The position numbers and the translations under genes were made by a program. DNA of 64,000 nt, taken from IMG/VR virus record IMGVR_UViG_2894708747_000001; one strand, given 5' to 3'. This DNA comes from a virus (lineage: Duplodnaviria; Caudoviricetes). Below the pieces are notes generated by a model. It did no database searches. It was not told the origin of the DNA and saw only the letters and a program-made list of their open reading frames with translations. The first letter of the stretch is position 1. The number at the start of each line of letters is the position of its first letter. Below, in pieces: positions 47,654-56,710 of this stretch.

Positions 47654-49330
47654 ATGGCTGTAGTTGGACAACAATTAACTGCCCCCGAATCGGGATGGAA
47701 ACGATATGACGATAAAAACCCATGTTTCAAATATCAAGGACAATGGGCTGATTATGTATATTCTTCTCATTATCAAGGTTCACATAAAGCTACATCTATA
47801 CAAAATGATAAAGTATCTTTTAAATTTTACGGAACTAAATTAAGAATAATTGGTTATCGTTCATCTGAGTATTCAACGAGTATTGAAATTAAGATAGATG
47901 GCATTGCTTATATTTACTCACAACAAGGTGCTTCACAATTTCAAACAATTCTCTTTGAGGCAACAGGTTTAATGCTTGATCAACATTTAGTTGAAATCAA
48001 AAAACTAGATGCTTCTGGAACAAATGCTTATATAGGTCTTGATGCAATAGATATAGACTCTACAGGCCGTCTCCTTCATCCAGATGAAGTCACTAGTATT
48101 TATGATCTTAGTGTAGGCAAACGTATTCGCTGTCATTATACAGCAGGTTCTAATCAGTTTGGTACTTTTTCTGATTTAGGAAAAGAAACTAGTGATTTTA
48201 TACCCTCTGCTTCCACGGCTACCCCCAACGGGGATTTTTATTGGATATGTGTAGGATATGATTATTTAGAGCGATTAAAATTAGTTGCAGATAGAAATAT
48301 TCAAATTGGAATATCTTGGGATACACTAAATGCGGCGGGAATAGTAACTGGAAAAGAAATATATTTTACAGAAGTACCTTCTGCTAAATTTAATATTCGT
48401 TTACTTACTGGTGGAATATCTTCTACAGATAAAGATAATGAGTGGGATAAGATTATAGTAGAAAGTAATTTAGGAGGTACTATAACTCCTGGAGACAATA
48501 ATGTATGGAATTGGAATGGTGTTTGGAGTTTAACTTCAACTACTCGAACTGAAATAGGTGCTACTGCTAGAGTAGTACGAGGTCAGGCATTTGTAGCTAA
48601 CTATAGTCACGTTTATACTCCTGACACAAGCTCTACATCTGGCCCCGTGGGATTTCGACCTGTTCTTCTTTCTTCTCTTCCTTCCTTTGAGATAGAAAGT
48701 AAAGAATTAATACCTTCTACTGTTTGGTATACTGATACAGGAACGATAACTTTATCAGCTTCTATTACTCATCTAAATAATATACAGATTCAATATAGGA
48801 TTTTGGTAAATAATAATCAGGTTTATCCTACTGAAGGGTACACTTCTCTTCAGCCCACTCCCACCACCATAGTGGTGACATTTGATAAAACACTATTAAC
48901 AGAAAGAGAAAATTTAATAGAATTACAAGTACAAGATGAATACGGTAATAAAACATCCTGGGATTATACAATTATTAAAGAGAATATAGATACCGTTACT
49001 GCTGAACGTAGATTTGAGTTTCCTGGAGAATGGAATCAGGAAGATAACAGTAAAATAAGCATCGAGTTGGGCGGGGGGCTAAAATTAGTAGAAGGGGTTT
49101 TAAATCAAGATTACTATGTTACTACCACTAATTTAAATCACATAATAACTTTGGGGAGATCTAATATTATTAATGTAGTAGTGGATGGTAGTGATGATAT
49201 AATTGAGAACGTAAATTTTATTGAGGATATGACTACTCCTACCCCCCTGGGGGCGGGATATGTGAGTGAATATGATTTAAGGTTAAATCGGTTTACTGAT
49301 ATAAATACAATCGCAGTTATAATAAAGTAA
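47654..49330 (+). CDS. Tail fibre/adhesin: carbohydrate-binding-like N-terminus, C-type-lectin-like domain, Ig-like domain
   Basis: F.FYGTKLRIIG...LDAIDI; ADRNIQ..ISWDTLN..RLLTGG..NEWD..GFRPVL; YRILVN..QVYP. Confidence 0.6.
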   Translation: MAVVGQQLTAPESGWKRYDDKNPCFKYQGQWADYVYSSHYQGSHKATSIQNDKVSFKFYGTKLRIIGYRSSEYSTSIEIKIDGIAYIYSQQGASQFQTILFEATGLMLDQHLVEIKKLDASGTNAYIGLDAIDIDSTGRLLHPDEVTSIYDLSVGKRIRCHYTAGSNQFGTFSDLGKETSDFIPSASTATPNGDFYWICVGYDYLERLKLVADRNIQIGISWDTLNAAGIVTGKEIYFTEVPSAKFNIRLLTGGISSTDKDNEWDKIIVESNLGGTITPGDNNVWNWNGVWSLTSTTRTEIGATARVVRGQAFVANYSHVYTPDTSSTSGPVGFRPVLLSSLPSFEIESKELIPSTVWYTDTGTITLSASITHLNNIQIQYRILVNNNQVYPTEGYTSLQPTPTTIVVTFDKTLLTERENLIELQVQDEYGNKTSWDYTIIKENIDTVTAERRFEFPGEWNQEDNSKISIELGGGLKLVEGVLNQDYYVTTTNLNHIITLGRSNIINVVVDGSDDIIENVNFIEDMTTPTPLGAGYVSEYDLRLNRFTDINTIAVIIK

Positions 49331-49395
49331 AGACATAAATGCATCAGAAAAATATAAGTCTATTTAAGGGATTAAGTAAGTAGAGGTGATATAAG

Positions 49396-51360
49396 ATGGC
49401 TATTAAAACAGTTATATTTAAAGGACTTACAGCTATTGGATATGCTTATACTGCTATGGGTGGTATTCGCTTTTATGATGGAGCAGGAAAGATGATTACA
49501 TTAGGGTCTATCATATCTGAATCAATAACTGAGGGTGAATTTACAAATGCAGTGGTGACCGCCACAAATTCTTATAATAATTCTTACACCCCTGTAGATG
49601 CTTTTAATACTAATATCTCTCAAACACAAAACTATCCTGATGGATATTGGCTATCTTCTTATGATAATCAGGCCCTTACCATTGAATTTAAAACGGCTGT
49701 AACAGGTATAAGTAAAATTGAATTTAATGTAACACCAGATACTTTTTATACAGATAGGGCAGTAGATAACCCATTTACGATTGAAATATATAACGAAAAC
49801 AAAATGTTGATTAAATCATATTCTGTTATACCAAATACATCGGGTCGTAATAATATTAATAAATTAAATACACCTGAATTAATATGGAAGTATCTCTTTA
49901 AAGATGGAGTAGATATAAAGAAATATGATTCCTTAACTTCTTCTTGGGTTATCGTTGGCCCCGCTCCCGCTACCGAATCTATGTTTATAACAGATGGTAT
50001 GGATAACTTAAATTCTATAGTTACCCCCGATTCTTCAGGAATAAAACCTATATTTCATTTAAATAATCCCATACTATTAGTGTATTCACAAACAGTACAA
50101 CAATTAAAATCAAACCTAAATATTGTAGCAGAAAAGCGTACTAGATTTTTAGTATCTAAAGATGGATGCCTAACCTGGTATGCTTTCAAAGATGGGATTT
50201 GGAAACAAGTAGCCCTAACTGATATAAATGACAAAGGTATGTCTAAAACAGAACTTCAAGCTATTACTTCTGATCAGTGGAAACAATGGTTTACTAGGGG
50301 TACTTTAGATTTTGCTGTTTCTTTAAAAACAACTAATCCTTACAGCTCCCCCACCCTCAATAAGATTACTGTTAATTTCCCTGTTAATCAAGCTCCCCTC
50401 ATTCAGAATCCTTCATTAACTCCCGACACAATCCATAATGAGTGGGTGGAGCTAAGGGCTACAGTGGAGGACTTGGAGGGAGATCAGTTCCAGTATCAGG
50501 TATGGATTAATGGTTCTCAGGTATATCCCACCACAGCAGGGGAGTGGTCGCCGCTTTTAAATTCAGGAGAAAGTATATTCAAAGCCTATAACTATCCTTA
50601 CTTTAGGGTTGGAACAAATGTTGTAAAACTGATAGTGCGGGATAAAAGAGGTTTAACTAGAGAATGGTCAAGCAATGTAACAGTAACGAATATTAATCCT
50701 ACGATAACAATATCCCACGGCAATTTCTCTTTAGTAGGAACTATTGGTGATGATAATAGCGATAGTGTAGCATATAGGATACTAATTAATGGTAGACAAG
50801 TTTTTCCAACTGAAGGTAATAATATAATTGACGGAATACTTTATAGCGATTTTGCGCCTTCCCCCCGTCAGATTAAATACGAGTGGGGAAGTAATGATGT
50901 TCGTTTTGGGGTTCCTAACACCTTCACAATAGAAGTAATAGATAACTTTAAAGGTAAGGGATTGGCAGAGTTTCAAGTAGTAGGAACTTACAAAGGTATT
51001 CTATTTATGGATGAACAGGGTAACTTTTATTCTACAGACAAAGGAGAAATTCTAAAATATCTAGATTTTGGTACTTTAATAGCAGGACAAGAAACTGAAC
51101 CTAAATTAGTTTATTTAAAGAATCAGAACGGTTTCGATGTGGAAAATGTAGAATTAAAAGTAACCGATAATCTACCTCCTGGTGTTAATGTTTATATTAG
51201 TAAGTCTAATCAACCTTTTGAGTATAATATGGTTATTAATCACTCAGGCGTTCTACAAGACGAAGAAACTATACCTTTTTATGTTAAGTTAGTAACCGAT
51301 AAAATGGCTGAAGCAGGTGTTTCTTTTGAAATTACAACTAAAGCCTCACCTGTAACTTAA
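49396..51360 (+). CDS. Tail/virion protein with Ig-like domains
   Basis: NQAP.I...D.EGD...Y.V.ING.QVYP repeated; C-terminal LDFGTL.AGQ. Confidence 0.6.
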   Translation: MAIKTVIFKGLTAIGYAYTAMGGIRFYDGAGKMITLGSIISESITEGEFTNAVVTATNSYNNSYTPVDAFNTNISQTQNYPDGYWLSSYDNQALTIEFKTAVTGISKIEFNVTPDTFYTDRAVDNPFTIEIYNENKMLIKSYSVIPNTSGRNNINKLNTPELIWKYLFKDGVDIKKYDSLTSSWVIVGPAPATESMFITDGMDNLNSIVTPDSSGIKPIFHLNNPILLVYSQTVQQLKSNLNIVAEKRTRFLVSKDGCLTWYAFKDGIWKQVALTDINDKGMSKTELQAITSDQWKQWFTRGTLDFAVSLKTTNPYSSPTLNKITVNFPVNQAPLIQNPSLTPDTIHNEWVELRATVEDLEGDQFQYQVWINGSQVYPTTAGEWSPLLNSGESIFKAYNYPYFRVGTNVVKLIVRDKRGLTREWSSNVTVTNINPTITISHGNFSLVGTIGDDNSDSVAYRILINGRQVFPTEGNNIIDGILYSDFAPSPRQIKYEWGSNDVRFGVPNTFTIEVIDNFKGKGLAEFQVVGTYKGILFMDEQGNFYSTDKGEILKYLDFGTLIAGQETEPKLVYLKNQNGFDVENVELKVTDNLPPGVNVYISKSNQPFEYNMVINHSGVLQDEETIPFYVKLVTDKMAEAGVSFEITTKASPVT

Positions 51361-51435
51361 AGCTAATCTTTGTTCTACACTAAGGGGAGGAAGAAATGTA
51401 GTGAAGGGGGAGGGAGAGCCGCAAGCGGCCAAAAT

Positions 51436-52074
51436 ATGATGGACTTAACACAAATTCTTAATGAAGTTATTTTGTATTTACATGACGCCACCACCAGAGT
51501 AAAACCTGTTTTTGTTATTCTAGTATCTTTTTTAAATTATATTTTATTCCCTGATGCCGCCTATATACCTGCGGCGGCGGCCCTAGGCGGGGCTATGTTA
51601 TTAGATATTATCACGAAATACTATGCTTTAAGTGTTAAGAGTAATGGAATAAAAAACGCTATTAAAAATAAAGAAATTTCTTCAGAAACATTATGGGCAG
51701 GGTCGCGGCGTAAGATAATCAGCTATTTAGTTGTAATGGTTCTTTGTGGATTGAGTGTTAGAGTAACTATGTTGGTTACTGTAGCCGTATTTCTATCCAC
51801 TATTGCTTATTCCATAATGTTTCTTCGTGAGTCTCAAAGTGTCATTGAGAATCTAATAGACGCAGGACATACAGATTTAGAGTGGTTGTTATTCTGGCTA
51901 AGGAAAAAAGAAGAAACTGTGTTAGATAACAAAACTCAGGTTACAGCTCCTATTGAACAAGTAATTATAGAAAAAGCTAATAATATTACTCCCGCCCCCA
52001 CACAAAGAGGAACCAGCACTCCTACTGAGGGTGGGGATGTTAAAGGAGATGCTGACTGGGATGCCAGGATATAG
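51436..52074 (+). CDS. Holin (toxin-secretion/phage-lysis type)
   Basis: Several transmembrane segments, LDIIT, K.I.S, E..S.IENL; directly upstream of the endolysin. Confidence 0.75.
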   Translation: MMDLTQILNEVILYLHDATTRVKPVFVILVSFLNYILFPDAAYIPAAAALGGAMLLDIITKYYALSVKSNGIKNAIKNKEISSETLWAGSRRKIISYLVVMVLCGLSVRVTMLVTVAVFLSTIAYSIMFLRESQSVIENLIDAGHTDLEWLLFWLRKKEETVLDNKTQVTAPIEQVIIEKANNITPAPTQRGTSTPTEGGDVKGDADWDARI

Positions 52075-52807
52075 TGTGATACAACGATGGTTAACTCCAA
52101 ACAGATATAGTCGTCCTCAAAGGCCGATTATCAAAATCAAAGGAATTGTAATCCATTGGGTGGCTGTTCCTAATGGACGAGCAGAGGGGGTTTATAATTT
52201 CTTTGAAAACCGAAAGTATGGAAAAAATGATTTTGGTTCGGCGCATGAAGTTATTGATTTAGATGGTTCTATTATTCAAATGATACCACCAAATGAAATG
52301 GCCTATGCAGTAGGAGCTTACAAATATACTCAAAAGGCTTTAAATGAACTAAGCAGCTACCCGAATGATTGCACTTATTCAATTGAATGTTGTCATGTTG
52401 ATTGGGATGGCACAATGACAGCAACTACTTATAATACTTTGGTAACTAGGTGTGTAGACCTCTGTACTCAGTGGGGTTTAGATCCTCTGCGTAATTTGTG
52501 GCTACATTATGAAATTACAGGTAAAGATTGCCATAGGTGGTTTGTTAATCACCCTGATGAGTGGGCTAAATTTAAACAACTTGTTGCTGATCATAAGAAT
52601 AATAAAGTAGAGGAGATGGTTACAGTGGCGATTGAAGAATGGCAGAAAGAAATTGGTATTAAAGCGGTGCAAGAATTAGCCAGCAATGAAAATAGACTTA
52701 TTAGCAATCCCGAAGAATGGATTGCAAGGATTGCTGAAAATACTCCTAACTGGCTTTTCTTTGAAATGCTTCGACGATTAAATGCTAAAATTAATAAAAT
52801 TAAATAG
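52037..52807 (+). CDS. Endolysin, N-acetylmuramoyl-L-alanine amidase (Amidase_2)
   Basis: GIVIHW, SAH.VI..DG.I.Q..P..E.A, SIECC, HY.ITGK.C; start uncertain (52037-52061). Confidence 0.9.
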   Translation: MLKEMLTGMPGYSVIQRWLTPNRYSRPQRPIIKIKGIVIHWVAVPNGRAEGVYNFFENRKYGKNDFGSAHEVIDLDGSIIQMIPPNEMAYAVGAYKYTQKALNELSSYPNDCTYSIECCHVDWDGTMTATTYNTLVTRCVDLCTQWGLDPLRNLWLHYEITGKDCHRWFVNHPDEWAKFKQLVADHKNNKVEEMVTVAIEEWQKEIGIKAVQELASNENRLISNPEEWIARIAENTPNWLFFEMLRRLNAKINKIK

Positions 52808-52818
52808 GAGGAATAAAT

Positions 52819-53067
52819 ATGATTGATTGGAAACGCAAATTATCAAGTCGTAAATTTTGGGCTTTATTAGCTGGTCTGGCTACTTCGATTTTGGTACTTA
52901 CTAACGCTAATAATGACACTATCACAAAAGTAGTGGCCGTTATTACAGCAACAGGATCGGTAGTAGGTTATATGTTTTCAGAAGCCTATGTAGATGGTAA
53001 GGCAGTTGATGAAGCTAATAACAACCCCACCGCTGTGGTAAATATTAATTCAGAGAAACCCCTGTAA
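52819..53067 (+). CDS. Small holin-like protein
   Basis: WKRKLSSRKFW plus two transmembrane segments and EAYVD. Confidence 0.75.
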   Translation: MIDWKRKLSSRKFWALLAGLATSILVLTNANNDTITKVVAVITATGSVVGYMFSEAYVDGKAVDEANNNPTAVVNINSEKPL

Positions 53068-53082
53068 AGGGGTTTTATTTTT
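53056..53082 (+). terminator. Rho-independent terminator ending the lysis block
   Basis: AAACCCCT/AGGGGTTT followed by a T-tract. Confidence 0.75.
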
Positions 53083-53108
53083 CTGATAATTACGTCTATC
53101 CTTTGTAG

Positions 53109-53137
53109 CTTAAAAGAAGGTGGGGCGGGGGCGTATA
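53109..53137 (+). promoter_or_regulatory. Putative phage promoter CTTAA-N18-CGTATA
   Basis: Exact motif 24 nt before ATG 53162. Confidence 0.7.
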
Positions 53138-53161
53138 TGTTTTATGAAAGGGGGATCAACA

Positions 53162-53581
53162 ATGTCAATGAAAAATTTAGCGGATAGCATTTTTCAAGAG
53201 ACAGTACCAGAACTAAACAAAGAATTACTACAAGAATATTATGAACGTAGCCAGCGTCAAAAGGAAGATAAAAAATGGCTAGAAAAGTATAAACCCATCA
53301 TTATTCAATCTCTACAAAATGCAGGTAAGAATAAATTGGAGCAAGAAGGTTTTAGAGTTTCTATTACAATTCCTAATACATCTCATTTTGATATGGAAAA
53401 AGTATTAGTTTTTCTTAAAGAAAAGCAGTTGGGATGTTTAAAGGAGGTTGTAGATGAAGAAGCATTAACCCAAGCTATAGAGGAGGGGGTTATAGATTTA
53501 GAAGAATTAAAAGCGGTGGCCTGGATAGAGGATAAAGGGACTCCCCGTCTTACAATAAAGAAGGTATCTTCAGATGATTAA
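53162..53581 (+). CDS. Hypothetical phage protein
   Basis: AAAGGGGG RBS favours ATG 53162. Confidence 0.55.
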   Translation: MSMKNLADSIFQETVPELNKELLQEYYERSQRQKEDKKWLEKYKPIIIQSLQNAGKNKLEQEGFRVSITIPNTSHFDMEKVLVFLKEKQLGCLKEVVDEEALTQAIEEGVIDLEELKAVAWIEDKGTPRLTIKKVSSDD

Positions 53582-53867
53582 AGTTGGAGATCCTGTACTT
53601 ATTAATCCCCGCCACTCATTAAAGTTTAGTAGGAAGATTGGATTTGTAGAGGTAATTTTATTAGATACACTGCTTAATATTGGTGTTTCTTTTGATGATA
53701 CAAGACAACTTTATTATTTCTCTGCTGATGAGCTTATAACAATGGAAGAACTTGATATGTGGAATAGACTAGGGCCAGTCTATTGCCGTTATTGCGGTAA
53801 AGATATTACAGGACAATTTAGCTTTCTCTGTGAAGATTGTGAGTATCCAATTTATAAGGAGGAATAA
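53574..53867 (+). CDS. Small beta-barrel plus zinc-finger protein
   Basis: IKVGDPV; CRYC...CEDC. Confidence 0.55.
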   Translation: MIKVGDPVLINPRHSLKFSRKIGFVEVILLDTLLNIGVSFDDTRQLYYFSADELITMEELDMWNRLGPVYCRYCGKDITGQFSFLCEDCEYPIYKEE

Positions 53868-53870
53868 TTT

Positions 53871-54167
53871 ATGGATAGTCTTGAAAAAGCACTAGAGGTT
53901 GTTAGGAAATTAGCAGATGAAAACGAAGATTTACGGGCGGAAATTACACATCTTAAACAAAAAATAGGAGATTTAATTCAAGAAAAGAAACAGTTAGAAA
54001 CTGAACATGATACTGTTTTAATAGCTTTACTGGCTATAATTGAACAATGTGGGGGAGAAGTGCAAATAACAGAAGAAGAAATTAAAGACATTGGAGATAA
54101 AATTGAGGTAATACTTAATCCAGAAAAATCCTCTGTTACATTAAAGGCCATTAAGGATGAAGAATAA
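53871..54167 (+). CDS. Coiled-coil hypothetical protein
   Basis: Heptad-rich N-terminal half; AAGGAGG RBS. Confidence 0.55.
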   Translation: MDSLEKALEVVRKLADENEDLRAEITHLKQKIGDLIQEKKQLETEHDTVLIALLAIIEQCGGEVQITEEEIKDIGDKIEVILNPEKSSVTLKAIKDEE

Positions 54168-54466
54168 TGTTACCGCTAGAAGATAAAAGATTTATCTTGT
54201 ACGCTAACGAAGGTCAGATGTTTGATGTTCTAGTTATGCCTGTAGAAGAAGCAGAAAGAATACTACAAGAGTTCAAGGATACTGGTTCATTTTCTTATTT
54301 TGATCCGTGGAGTGGAAAAACTTTAACTAAAACCCCCACCACCCTGCTTCTTACGGAAGTTCTGACGGGGGTGGTAGTTAATAAAGAAAGTATTAATTAT
54401 TACCAAAAACCTAATTGGATTACTGTAAAATTACAGGAAATCCGCCCCCGTGATTGTGGGGGTTGA
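54167..54466 (+). CDS. Hypothetical protein
   Basis: 99 aa, TAATG coupling. Confidence 0.5.
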   Translation: MLPLEDKRFILYANEGQMFDVLVMPVEEAERILQEFKDTGSFSYFDPWSGKTLTKTPTTLLLTEVLTGVVVNKESINYYQKPNWITVKLQEIRPRDCGG

Positions 54467-54508
54467 CATTAATTAAACCTTGCTGGTCAGCAAGAAGGAG
54501 GATAAATA

Positions 54509-54727
54509 ATGAAAATTAAGGAAATATATGTGGAAGCTACATTTACAAAGAATCTCGGCAACTATCAGAGCTTTAAACCTACTGCTGGTATTACGTTGAT
54601 ACCTGAAGATGGGGAAAGTTACCGAGAGATTTATAAAAAAGGATGGGATATTGTTGGGGAACAACTTGAAGAACAATTGAAGCTCTTTAATGAAGAACAA
54701 AAACATGGAGTAAAGAAGGGGCTGTAA
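54509..54727 (+). CDS. Hypothetical phage protein
   Basis: AAGGAGG RBS; T.NLGNYQS motif. Confidence 0.6.
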   Translation: MKIKEIYVEATFTKNLGNYQSFKPTAGITLIPEDGESYREIYKKGWDIVGEQLEEQLKLFNEEQKHGVKKGL

Positions 54728-54731
54728 GACA

Positions 54732-55808
54732 ATGAGTAGTTTAATTGTAGAAGTGGTGAGGGTCAATACCCTCACCAAACATCCTAATGCCGATACTTTA
54801 TGGATTGCTCAAATTAAAGGCTGGAATTGTATTGTTAAAGAAGGTCAATTTAAAGTGGGGGATCTGGCTATTTATATACCTATTGATGCCGTTCTTCCTG
54901 AAAAGATGATTGAGGAGTATAAGTTAGATTATTTAAAGAACGGGGGACGGGTAAAGACAATTAAATTAAGAGGTTGTATATCCCAAGGCCTCTTGCTCCC
55001 CGTGCCTCCCAACAAACACTGGGTAGAAGGACAAAATGTAGCGGAAGAACTAGGAATTACAAAATGGGAACCGCCTACACCTACTTATGTTTATTATAGT
55101 AATTTTAAGGGATCAAAACGAAATCCCAATCCTAACTTTAAAAAGTATACTGATATTGAAAACATAAATAATTATCCTGAAATCTTTAAGCCTGGAGAGC
55201 TGGTAGTTATAACCGAAAAAATCCACGGAACTAATTTTAGGGTTGGTAATGTTCCTATTGAAGAAAACAATTGGTGGGCAAGAATAAAGGCTTGGTTTGG
55301 CGGCGGGTATGAATTTGTGGTAGGATCTCGAAATGTTCAATTATCTAGTTGTAGTTTATGGAATAAGAAAAAAGTTTGGTACAGTGAAGATGTATATACT
55401 AAGATAGCTAAACGTTATAATCTGAATCAAATTTTACCAAAAGATCACATTCTCTTTGGTGAAATCTACGGGAAGGGAATACAAGATTTAACGTATGGAT
55501 TAGAAAATATTGACGTGGTATTTTTTGACTTAATGGTAAACGGTAAATATGTGGACTACTATGATTTTGTTTCGTTCTGTTCTCGTTTTAACTTACCTAC
55601 AGTCCCCCTTATTTATATTGGCGAGTATATGCCTTCATTACTGACTCTATATACTTGTGGAAATTCACTTTTATATCCTTCGCAAATGAGGGAGGGGGCG
55701 GTAATCAAACCTTTAAAAGAAACAATTGATCCTAGAATTGGCCGTAAAATACTTAAATCAATAAACCCTGAATACTTACTCCGAAAAGGAGCTACAGAAT
55801 ATCATTAA
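54732..55808 (+). CDS. ATP-dependent RNA ligase (DRB0094/Rnl5-like, N-terminal OB fold)
   Basis: HPNAD.L..., SQGLL; TEKIHGTN, GSRN, FGEIYG..IQ, FFD, REG.VIK, LK.IN..YL. Confidence 0.88.
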   Translation: MSSLIVEVVRVNTLTKHPNADTLWIAQIKGWNCIVKEGQFKVGDLAIYIPIDAVLPEKMIEEYKLDYLKNGGRVKTIKLRGCISQGLLLPVPPNKHWVEGQNVAEELGITKWEPPTPTYVYYSNFKGSKRNPNPNFKKYTDIENINNYPEIFKPGELVVITEKIHGTNFRVGNVPIEENNWWARIKAWFGGGYEFVVGSRNVQLSSCSLWNKKKVWYSEDVYTKIAKRYNLNQILPKDHILFGEIYGKGIQDLTYGLENIDVVFFDLMVNGKYVDYYDFVSFCSRFNLPTVPLIYIGEYMPSLLTLYTCGNSLLYPSQMREGAVIKPLKETIDPRIGRKILKSINPEYLLRKGATEYH

Positions 55809-55834
55809 AGGAGAGGAATTAACCTCTCCTTTTT
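55807..55834. terminator. Terminator at the convergence of rightward and leftward transcription
   Basis: AAAGGAGAGG/CCTCTCCTTT stem. Confidence 0.75.
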
Positions 55835-55965
55835 GTATTAATTAGCAAGTAATATTTACATACACCATCTTTTTTAGGTTTAGGTTTAAACAATCCTTGT
55901 TTGCATTTACCGCTAATCTGGTCTAGATTTTGGCATATAGGACATTCAGTGTACCACCACCTCAT
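55819..55965 (-). CDS. Small Cys-rich protein not in the ORF track (48 aa)
   Basis: GGAGGG RBS; MRWWYTECPICQNL...KCK...VCKYY. Confidence 0.5.
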   Translation of the reverse strand: MRWWYTECPICQNLDQISGKCKQGLFKPKPKKDGVCKYYLLINTKRRG

Positions 55966-56159
55966 ATCTAAACCCTCCAATAATGTGCGATTTAGTCCTT
56001 CTCTTCATTATCTAATCTTAACGCTCTTCTTGCCCCTTCATAAGACAGTTTGAAGAGATTCCCTGGTGCTTTCAAATATTGCTCTGCGCTTTTAACTCTA
56101 TCTTCTGGGCTATAATTAAAATAGCCTCGCTCTAGAAGAATTTTTTGGAATGTGTTGCT

Positions 56160-56459
56160 TTATAATTTAATTCTAAGATACCCATCTTCAAACATCCACC
56201 AGTATTGTTCCTTAAGCAACTTTCTTCCTTGTTCAACATGCTTCAGAAATCTTTCTCTCACATCCTGGCCGTCACATTTTTCGCATACTAGAAAGTTAAT
56301 TGTCTTTCCTCCGCCGTAGACCCAACGCCAGATGTCTCCTGGCCTAAATTTGTGGCCACAGAGGTAACACCTAAAACGCTGTCCCTTCTCAACACCACCC
56401 CACATTCCATTACAGTCTTTTTCTGTTACTATCCTAGGCTTCTGATCCGTAAAGCTCAT
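56160..56459 (-). CDS. Zinc-finger hypothetical protein
   Basis: AAGGAGG RBS favours MSFTDQKP; CYLC...CEKC. Confidence 0.6.
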   Translation of the reverse strand: MSFTDQKPRIVTEKDCNGMWGGVEKGQRFRCYLCGHKFRPGDIWRWVYGGGKTINFLVCEKCDGQDVRERFLKHVEQGRKLLKEQYWWMFEDGYLRIKL

Positions 56460-56500
56460 ATTCTCTTGTTTCCTCCTTTTGCGTATCATAAACATATTAC

Positions 56501-56671
56501 TTATTTTCCATCTTCCTCTAGAAAAAGCCCATCCTCATCGAGATCGGTGGCACAAACAGCACATATATATTGGTTTCCCACTAGTCTTGTTACTGGGCCA
56601 TAGGTTATATAATTATCTGGAGTACCGTGACCAGGCACTATCTGCCGACCTCAACACTCACAAACCATCAT
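56501..56671 (-). CDS. Zinc-finger mini-gene with an in-frame TGA (selenocysteine candidate or nonsense pseudogene)
   Basis: GGGAG RBS; MMVCEC*GRQIVPGHG...ICAVCATDLDEDGLFLEEDGK; TGA at 56651-56653. Confidence 0.6.
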
Positions 56672-56710
56672 GCTACATCTCCCTCTCGCTTTTTCGTTTG
56701 TTATGCGTAT

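Noticed and set aside
46492-49330. Diversity-generating retroelement
   Set aside because: Target-like GFRPVL ends are present, but the two copies differ at all base types, and no non-coding template repeat or RT was seen in the window.
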